Shown here: positions 58,141 through 64,000 of the stretch, piece after piece
How positions within the stretch are numbered: the first letter of the stretch is position 1
How the letters are laid out: each line of letters begins with the position of its first letter
NCBI GenBank assembly: GCA_017744495.1
Contig: JAGIBE010000235.1
Coordinates: 4,154-68,153 of the forward strand
Length of the DNA stretch: 64,000 nucleotides
Source: Caulobacter sp.
Lineage (GTDB): Bacteria; Pseudomonadota; Alphaproteobacteria; Caulobacterales; Caulobacteraceae
Direction of reading: 5' to 3'
Translations under genes and position numbers: made by a program
The notes under the pieces: model-generated
What the model was told of the DNA's origin: nothing
Databases searched by the model: none
What the model saw: only the letters and a program-made list of their open reading frames with translations

Positions 58141-58632
58141 ATGTTCCCGCTCGAAATCCAGACCCTGGCCCGCCTGCTGATCGACGAGGCGCGGGGCAAG
58201 TCGTTACGGCTGGCGACGGCCGAGAGCTGCACCGGCGGCCTGGTGGCCGGGGCGATCTGCAATATCGCCGGGGCGTCCGACGTCTTCGAACGCGGCTTCG
58301 TCACCTACACCAACCGCGCCAAGTCCGAGATGCTGGGCGTGCCGGGCGACCTGATCGCCGACCACGGGGCGGTGTCGGAGGTGGTGGCGCGGATGATGGC
58401 CGAGGGCGCGCTGCAGGCCAGCAACGCTCATGTGGCGGTCTCGATCACCGGCGTGGCCGGACCCGGAGGCGGCTCGCCGCTCAAGCCCGTCGGCACCGTG
58501 CATTTCGCCGTGGCCCGCGCCAACCGCTCGGTCGTCCACCGTCACGAGCTGTTCGACGGCGAGACGCGCGAGGGCGTGCAGCTTGCCGCCGTGCGCACCG
58601 CCCTGGAGATGCTGCGCGAGGCCGTGACCTAG
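58141..58632 (+). CDS. CinA/PncC family (NMN deamidase-like)
   Basis: TAESCTGG, GAVS...A..MAEG, SITGVAGP.GGS..KPVG. Confidence 0.93.
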   Translation: MFPLEIQTLARLLIDEARGKSLRLATAESCTGGLVAGAICNIAGASDVFERGFVTYTNRAKSEMLGVPGDLIADHGAVSEVVARMMAEGALQASNAHVAVSITGVAGPGGGSPLKPVGTVHFAVARANRSVVHRHELFDGETREGVQLAAVRTALEMLREAVT

Positions 58633-59760
58633 ATGCCGGAAACCGCGCCCGGCGGTTCTCCAAGCGACTGGCGGCGGTTCATGGGCGCCGGCCTGTCGCG
58701 CGCCGCCCTGGCCAAGGCCGCCGCCCGCAAGAGCGAGTGGCGTCACGCCATCCGGGTGTCATCGGCGGTCGTAGCCGCCTACGCCCTGGCCACCCTGCTG
58801 CGCCTGCCCCAGGGCTATTGGGCGGTGTTCACGGCGGTGATCATCGTCCAGTCCAGCCTGGGCGCGACCATCACCGCTTCGATCGAGCGCCTGATGGGCA
58901 CGGTCGTCGGGGCCGCGGTCGGCGCTGGAGCGGCCATGGTCCACGCCCGATTCCCCGAGGCCGGCGGACCGATCCTGGCGGTCACCGCAGCCCTGCTGGC
59001 CTTCCTCGCGGCCGTGCGACCGGCGTTCAAGGTCGCGCCGGTCACCGCGGTGATCATGCTGATCGGCACGACCACTCACATGGACCCGCTGGTCGCCGCC
59101 GTCCTGCGGGTGGCCGAGATCACGGTCGGCAGCGTGGTCGGCATCGCCGCCACCCTGCTGATCTTCCCCGCCCGCGCCCACGCCACGGTGGTCGACAACG
59201 CCGACAAGGTGGCCGGGCTGCTGGCCGACCTCTTGGAGCACTACGCCCTCAAGCTGAAGGGCGGCGCGACCGACCTGGAGGCGCGCGGCCACTACGACGA
59301 CACGCTCAAGGCCCTGTCCAAGCTGCAAACGGCGATGACCGAGGCCGACCGCGAAAGCGCCAGCCGGCTCAGTGACCACTCGGTGACCGAGGCCCTGCCC
59401 CGCACGCTCTGGCGGCTGCGCAACGACAGCGTGATGATCGGCCGGGCGCTGCGCGAGGCCTTTCCCTCGCCGGGCCTGGCCCTGCCGGCGGCGGCCATGC
59501 TGAACGCCAGCGCCGTGTTCCTTCGGGCCTGCGCGGCGTTGCTGTCGGGCGGACCGCGCCCCGATCGCCTGGCCTTCGCCGAGGCGCACCAAGCCTTTCA
59601 AGCCGCCGTCGAGACCCTGCGCGCCGGCGGCGGCACCCGCGCCCTGGCTTTCGACGACGCCGCGCGGGTGTTCGGCTTGGTGTTCGCGATCGAGAACCTG
59701 TTCGGCAATCTCGGCGACTTCGAGGAGCGGGTCGAGGAAACCGTCGGCAAGCGATCGTGA
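58633..59760 (+). CDS. FUSC family membrane protein
   Basis: LPQGYWAVFTAVII, RLMGT, RVAEI. Confidence 0.85.
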   Translation: MPETAPGGSPSDWRRFMGAGLSRAALAKAAARKSEWRHAIRVSSAVVAAYALATLLRLPQGYWAVFTAVIIVQSSLGATITASIERLMGTVVGAAVGAGAAMVHARFPEAGGPILAVTAALLAFLAAVRPAFKVAPVTAVIMLIGTTTHMDPLVAAVLRVAEITVGSVVGIAATLLIFPARAHATVVDNADKVAGLLADLLEHYALKLKGGATDLEARGHYDDTLKALSKLQTAMTEADRESASRLSDHSVTEALPRTLWRLRNDSVMIGRALREAFPSPGLALPAAAMLNASAVFLRACAALLSGGPRPDRLAFAEAHQAFQAAVETLRAGGGTRALAFDDAARVFGLVFAIENLFGNLGDFEERVEETVGKRS

Positions 59761-59778
59761 TCGCCCTACTCGCCTGTT

Positions 59779-60171
59779 CTATGCCAGATACGGCTTGTAG
59801 CTCTTCTCTTCGACGATCTCCGACCCGACCAGGGCGTTGATCTGGCGCTTCACGGCGGCGCGGCGGTCGTTGTCCATGTAGACGCGGCGGGCCAGGGCCA
59901 CGAAGTCGGGGCCGAAGTCCTGACGGCGTTCGCAGTCGCGCTTGCCGTCCTCGATGTCCCACAGGGCGGCGTTGATGTCGGTCAGTTGAGCGGTCAAGTC
60001 GTCCAGCTGCGGCGACGGCGTCAGCTCGCGCCCGGCGATGTCTTCCAGCAGGGCCAGTTCCTTGCGGACATTGGCTTCCTTGGCCGCGTCGCCGATCCGC
60101 GCGGCCTTGACCCGCAGGATGGTGATCTTGTCGATCAGTTCGCCAGCCGAAACGGGTGCGAGGATGGTCAT
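59779..60171 (-). CDS. DUF6165 family protein
   Basis: PVSAGELIDKITIL, N..LWDIE, LAR.VY..ND.R..VK..IN, EEKSY. Confidence 0.85.
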   Translation of the reverse strand: MTILAPVSAGELIDKITILRVKAARIGDAAKEANVRKELALLEDIAGRELTPSPQLDDLTAQLTDINAALWDIEDGKRDCERRQDFGPDFVALARRVYMDNDRRAAVKRQINALVGSEIVEEKSYKPYLA

Positions 60172-61164
60172 TCAGGAAGCTCCGGCGATCAGGCGTTGCA
60201 GGGCGGCCTCCACCGCGTCGAGCGGCAGGGCGGCCATGCCCTGTCCGTAGTCCTCCGCGATCAGCAGCTCAAGGCGCCGCGCGGCCGGACGGAACTTGAC
60301 CGCTTTGCGATGATCCTGCTGCAGCGACAGCAGCGGCGCGCCGCCCGCCGCCAGCATGTGGCCGGGACCCGCGTCATTGGCGACCGCCGCGGTCAGGCGT
60401 CCGGCCAGGGCGATGGCCAGCATAGGGCCTTTTACCCCGGGATAGCCGTCGGTGCGGTCCTTTTCGGGGAACAACGCGTCGGGCGCGCCCGCGCGGGCGA
60501 TCTCCAGGTCGGCGGCCTCGTCCGGGCCGAAGAAGAACACCGCCTTGCGGCCGGAGGCCTCGATGCGTCGGGCCAATTCGATGTAGCGGTTCAGCGGCCA
60601 GCGGCGGTCCTGCCCGCCTGCGCCGGGGGCCAAGCCGATATAGACCGGGCCGCCCAAACGCGCGGTCGGCAGTAGAGCTCGGGCGGCGTCGACGGCGTCG
60701 ACGTCGGACAGCGCCAGGGGACGCGGCGCGCCTTTCCCGTCGCTGGCCAGGGACAGCAACCGCGCCAGGCGATCGACCACAGCGGCGGGCCAGCCGGGCT
60801 TGCGGGCCTCAGCGGCGGCCGAGACGAAACGGCCGCCTTTGCCGACCCCCCGGCTGGCCACCAGGCTTCGGCGTAGATTCTCTTGGGTGTCGATCACCAG
60901 GTCGAAGTTGCGGCCGCCGAACGGCTTGACCCAAGGCAGGATGTCCAGCGACGCCGCGCCGGTCGGTCCCTCGGTCAGGATCTCGTCGATATAACCTGCG
61001 ACCACGCGCTTCAGCGGCCCGGCGTACATCGTCCCGCCCTTGGCGGCGCACCAGGTGATCCGGGCCTGAGGGAAGGCTTCGCGCAGGCCGGCGATGAAGG
61101 GCAGCTTGATCAGGCTGTCCCCGAGGATCTCGCCCATGGAATAGATCAGGATCGTCTGGATCAT
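60172..61164 (-). CDS. Glycosyltransferase family 9 protein
   Basis: LGD, PGAG...RRWP, ANDAGPGHM. Confidence 0.82.
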   Translation of the reverse strand: MIQTILIYSMGEILGDSLIKLPFIAGLREAFPQARITWCAAKGGTMYAGPLKRVVAGYIDEILTEGPTGAASLDILPWVKPFGGRNFDLVIDTQENLRRSLVASRGVGKGGRFVSAAAEARKPGWPAAVVDRLARLLSLASDGKGAPRPLALSDVDAVDAARALLPTARLGGPVYIGLAPGAGGQDRRWPLNRYIELARRIEASGRKAVFFFGPDEAADLEIARAGAPDALFPEKDRTDGYPGVKGPMLAIALAGRLTAAVANDAGPGHMLAAGGAPLLSLQQDHRKAVKFRPAARRLELLIAEDYGQGMAALPLDAVEAALQRLIAGAS

Positions 61165-61261
61165 GGCCCGGATTAGGCCGGGCCCCCGGTTCAGGTCAAC
61201 GCGTCGGTGCGCATGTGAGTAATCACTTGCATCACCTTTCGGTCGTGCTAGCCTCTCATTC

Positions 61262-61822
61262 ATGAACGCCAAGCCCAAGATCGAACGCGCCGCTCTCGAG
61301 GTCTTCGTCGAACGCGGCGTCGACGCGGCCACCACCAAGCTGATCGCGGCCAAGGCCGGCGTGTCGGAGGGCGCGATCTACCGCCACTGGAAGAGCAAGG
61401 ACGAGCTGGCCGTGGGCCTGTTCATGGCCACGCACCGCCGCCTGTCCGACCTGATCGCCGTCAATGCCGAGATGTCGACCGGCGTGATGGCCAAGGCCGC
61501 CGCCGTGGTTCGCGCCTACTGCACCGTGGCTGACGAGGACTGGCTGCTGTTCGCCTTCCACCTGCTGCAGCTGCACCACTTCCTGCCTTACTACCAGGAG
61601 GACGGCCTCGACCCGGTGTCGGTGGTCGAGGGGCTGATCAAGCGGGCGATGATGGACGCCGAGCTCCCGCCGGGCGATCCGCGCGTGATCGCCGCCATGG
61701 CCATGGGGGTGATCACCCAGACCGCCCAGAACAAGGCCTACGGCCGGCTCGGCGACGACGACCTTTCCGCTCACGCGCCCCTGATGACGGCGGCCGTGCA
61801 GGCCGTGCTGACCGCCCGATAA
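61262..61822 (+). CDS. TetR/AcrR family regulator
   Basis: TTKLIAAKAGVSEGAIYRHWKSK HTH. Confidence 0.9.
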   Translation: MNAKPKIERAALEVFVERGVDAATTKLIAAKAGVSEGAIYRHWKSKDELAVGLFMATHRRLSDLIAVNAEMSTGVMAKAAAVVRAYCTVADEDWLLFAFHLLQLHHFLPYYQEDGLDPVSVVEGLIKRAMMDAELPPGDPRVIAAMAMGVITQTAQNKAYGRLGDDDLSAHAPLMTAAVQAVLTAR

Positions 61823-61858
61823 TCCCCGCCCTTCCTGGGCCTCTTAGGACAACGAACC

Positions 61859-62644
61859 ATGCGCAGCGCGCTGTTCAACGCCTACTACTGGGTTCTGTCG
61901 ATCTTCTACGGCCTGTCGGCCGCCCTCTCCGCCCTGCTCCCTGGTCGCAAGCCCATCGCCTTCGCCCTGCGGCTCTACAGCCGGCGGATGATCTGGGCGC
62001 TGCGGACCCTCGCGGGCGTGAAGATCGAGCTGAAGGGTCAGGAGAACCTGCCGCAGGGCGCCTTTATCATCGCCGCCAAGCACCACAGCTGGGGCGACGG
62101 GTTCGTGATGTTCGCCAATGTCGACAACCTCAGCTTCGTCACCGGCGATCACCTGGAGAAGTTCCCGCTGGTCGGGGCGATACTCAAGAAGTTCGGGGCC
62201 ATCGTGGTCGACAGCTGCGGCGGGCCCGAGGCCCGCAAGGCTCTCTCCCAGAGCGCCGCCCAGGTGGCCGCCGAGGGCCGTCGCATCCTGATCTATCCGG
62301 AGGGCCACCTGGCCGCGCCCGGCGAGCGGTTCCGCTATCGCACCGGCGTCTACCACATGAGCCGCGACTTCGACCTGCCGGTGGTGCCGGTGGCGACCAA
62401 CCTCGGCTGCTTCTGGAAGCAGCAGGAGAAGACGAAGACCCCAGGCACGGCGACCGTCGAGTTCCTGCCGCCCCTGCCCCAGGACCTGTCCAAGGCCGCG
62501 TTCATGGCCCAGCTGGAAGAGCTCATCGAGACCCGCGCCAACCAGCTGATCGCCCAGGCGCGCGGCGAGCCGGTGAAACCCTCGGTGCTAGTCGAGTGGA
62601 ATGGGCGGAAGAACGTGGCGGCGACGAAAGTGCAAGCTGCGTGA
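61859..62644 (+). CDS. Lysophospholipid acyltransferase (PlsC family)
   Basis: KHHSWGD (HX4D), YPEGH, VPVATN. Confidence 0.88.
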   Translation: MRSALFNAYYWVLSIFYGLSAALSALLPGRKPIAFALRLYSRRMIWALRTLAGVKIELKGQENLPQGAFIIAAKHHSWGDGFVMFANVDNLSFVTGDHLEKFPLVGAILKKFGAIVVDSCGGPEARKALSQSAAQVAAEGRRILIYPEGHLAAPGERFRYRTGVYHMSRDFDLPVVPVATNLGCFWKQQEKTKTPGTATVEFLPPLPQDLSKAAFMAQLEELIETRANQLIAQARGEPVKPSVLVEWNGRKNVAATKVQAA

Positions 62645-62939
62645 CCTTGGGGAACTCGCGTCCGGCCCGGCTCCTCGCTCCCTATGGACTGGCCCTACTC
62701 GCCGTCGCCTGTCTTTTTCGACCGGCGCGGTGAGCGGAGGCCCCCGGGTAGTCTTCTGGATCTTGCACGTCGCGACGACCCTGGTCCTGCTGGGGTGGGT
62801 GGTGGCGATCATCCACGCATTTCGGCGCGACGGGTGGGCGGCCTTGGTCGTCCTGCCAAGCGCACTGCTCTGGTGGTTCGTCACAACCGAGATTCCGCTT
62901 CTGGTCGGCGGATGTGTCGTGGCGCACGAGTGCGTCTGA
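62641..62939 (+). pseudogene. Small 3-TM membrane protein gene split by a 1-nt frameshift in a T-run
   Basis: GTG overlapping the acyltransferase stop gives MTLGNSRPARLLAPYGLALLAVACLF; one extra T at 62714-62718 would join it to STGAVSGGPRVVFWILH...HECV. Confidence 0.55.
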
Positions 62940-63002
62940 AGATCGTGTTTTGAAATTCTCGTTTTGAGGGTTAGTACTCGATAAACATTCTTGGGTTGAA
63001 GC

Positions 63003-63362
63003 ATGTCCCTCGCTGATGCGCACGGTAGCTCGGTCGGTCGGCCCAAGGCCTCGAAGGGCCGACGCATACTGGCCTTCGTGGCCGGAGCGATCTGGCTGGT
63101 GCTGACCGTGCCGGCCCTGGGCTTGGCCGCGATGTCGGTGATGGCGTCGGACGGCGGCGTGAACGCGGGAATCTACACCTTCATCTACGCCTGCTTCGCC
63201 TTGCCGCTGGCCACCCTGCTGGCGGCGGTCGGCGGTTTCGTCAGTGGGGCGACGGGGCGGATGCGGTTCGTGGCCATCGGCTCGACCCTGCCGTTCGTCG
63301 CCTTGGCGGTGGCGTTCGGGGCGATCGCCTTCGGCGCGGGCGCGCCGACCAGTCCGGCCTAG
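63003..63362 (+). CDS. Small 3-TM hypothetical membrane protein
   Basis: Three hydrophobic helices; MSVMASD motif; AT-rich upstream region. Confidence 0.65.
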   Translation: MSLADAHGSSVGRPKASKGRRILAFVAGAIWLVLTVPALGLAAMSVMASDGGVNAGIYTFIYACFALPLATLLAAVGGFVSGATGRMRFVAIGSTLPFVALAVAFGAIAFGAGAPTSPA

Positions 63363-63559
63363 AGGTCGATCGGGCAGTCGGCCGGGATCGGGGCAAAGGT
63401 CCCCTCCTCGCGCCGCCGGTCGAAGTGCTGCGTGGCGCAGCTCACGGAGCACAGCAGGCCGGTGTCGGACCAGTAGAGCGGCGCTTCGTCCTCATGACGG
63501 AAGGCCGGCGCGCCCCACGGCAGGCCGCATTCGACGCAGGACGGTGTCTTGGCCAACAT
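63359..63559 (-). CDS. Small Cys-rich (CxxC...CSxxC) protein
   Basis: TGATG coupling to the upstream HesB gene; CVEC and CSVSC. Confidence 0.65.
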   Translation of the reverse strand: MLAKTPSCVECGLPWGAPAFRHEDEAPLYWSDTGLLCSVSCATQHFDRRREEGTFAPIPADCPIDL

Positions 63560-63951
63560 CAGTCCAGGGCCTCCGGGGCCGGTTGGATGGTGACGCTCTC
63601 GCCGCAGCCGCAGGCGTCGGTTTCGTTCGGATTGTTGAACACGAACTTGGACGACAGCTTGGTGGTCTCGTAGTCGATCACGGTGCCGATCAGGAACAGC
63701 ACGGCCTTGGGCTCGATCAGGATCGTCACGCCCTGGTCCTCGACCACCTCGTCGATCGGACCCTTCTCGGCGGCGTATTCGAAGACATATTCCTGGCCGG
63801 CGCAGCCGCCGTTCTTCACGCCCACGCGCAGACCGGCATAGGGCTTGTCGGCTTTCTGCATGATCTCCTTCACGCGCGCGGCGGCGGCCTCGGTCAGGGT
63901 GACGACCTTGGGGCGCGGGCGGCGTGGACGTTGAGAGATCGCGGTTTCCAT
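63559..63951 (-). CDS. sufA: A-type Fe-S carrier, HesB/IscA/SufA family
   Basis: LTEAAA, GGCAG, NPN...CGCGES. Confidence 0.9.
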   Translation of the reverse strand: METAISQRPRRPRPKVVTLTEAAAARVKEIMQKADKPYAGLRVGVKNGGCAGQEYVFEYAAEKGPIDEVVEDQGVTILIEPKAVLFLIGTVIDYETTKLSSKFVFNNPNETDACGCGESVTIQPAPEALD

Positions 63952-63965
63952 GGCTTTCGAACCGA

Positions 63966-64000
63966 TCAGAACATGTTCAGTTGCAGCTTGGCCTCGTCGC
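63966..64000 (-). CDS. C-terminus of a SUF Fe-S assembly protein (DUF59/SufT), partial
   Basis: Reads DEAKLQLNMF-stop, typical of a DUF59 C-terminus and its position upstream of sufA. Confidence 0.7.
   Translation of the reverse strand, partial: DEAKLQLNMF

Overview
GC-rich alphaproteobacterial chromosome segment, almost certainly Caulobacter (PopA, Caulobacter-type Hfq, GAFTGA-less NtrC). About 20.3-64 kb is mostly core genome: kdpED, MBL hydrolase-tatD-holB-tmk-rlpA, tRNA-Ser, rsmC/rsuA/tusA-like genes, popA, mfd, sdhE, cobQ, nhaA, mazG, hflX-hfq-dat-ntrXY-ntrCB-dusB, ispDF, cinA and the end of the suf operon. The left third is accessory. It holds a TetR / FAD-oxidase / D-threonine-aldolase-like catabolic cluster (1-3.4 kb), a ~15 kb island (3.5-18.9 kb) and a solitary polysaccharide lyase. 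The island encodes a sulfatase plus its formylglycine-generating enzyme, twin HAD phosphatases, a DUF2092 protein coupled to a secreted Asn/Val-repeat protein, a DUF4136 lipoprotein, a POTRA-less Omp85-like barrel, an EF-hand protein, a SigT-like sigma factor and its own PAS-HK/NarL-type two-component system. A shared imperfect palindrome (YAGGK-nAAn-CCCT) recurs in many island intergenic regions, suggesting a self-contained regulon of unknown function. Other notable signals: a candidate structured RNA with repeated CAGGGA/UCCCUG loops (31.18-31.34 kb), an orphan GH24 lysozyme behind hflX, a REPIN-like 32-bp inverted repeat, an OprM-family gene relic, a poly-T frameshifted membrane gene, a solitary cobQ and kdpDE without kdpFABC. 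All calls were made by eye from motifs; no database searches were run.
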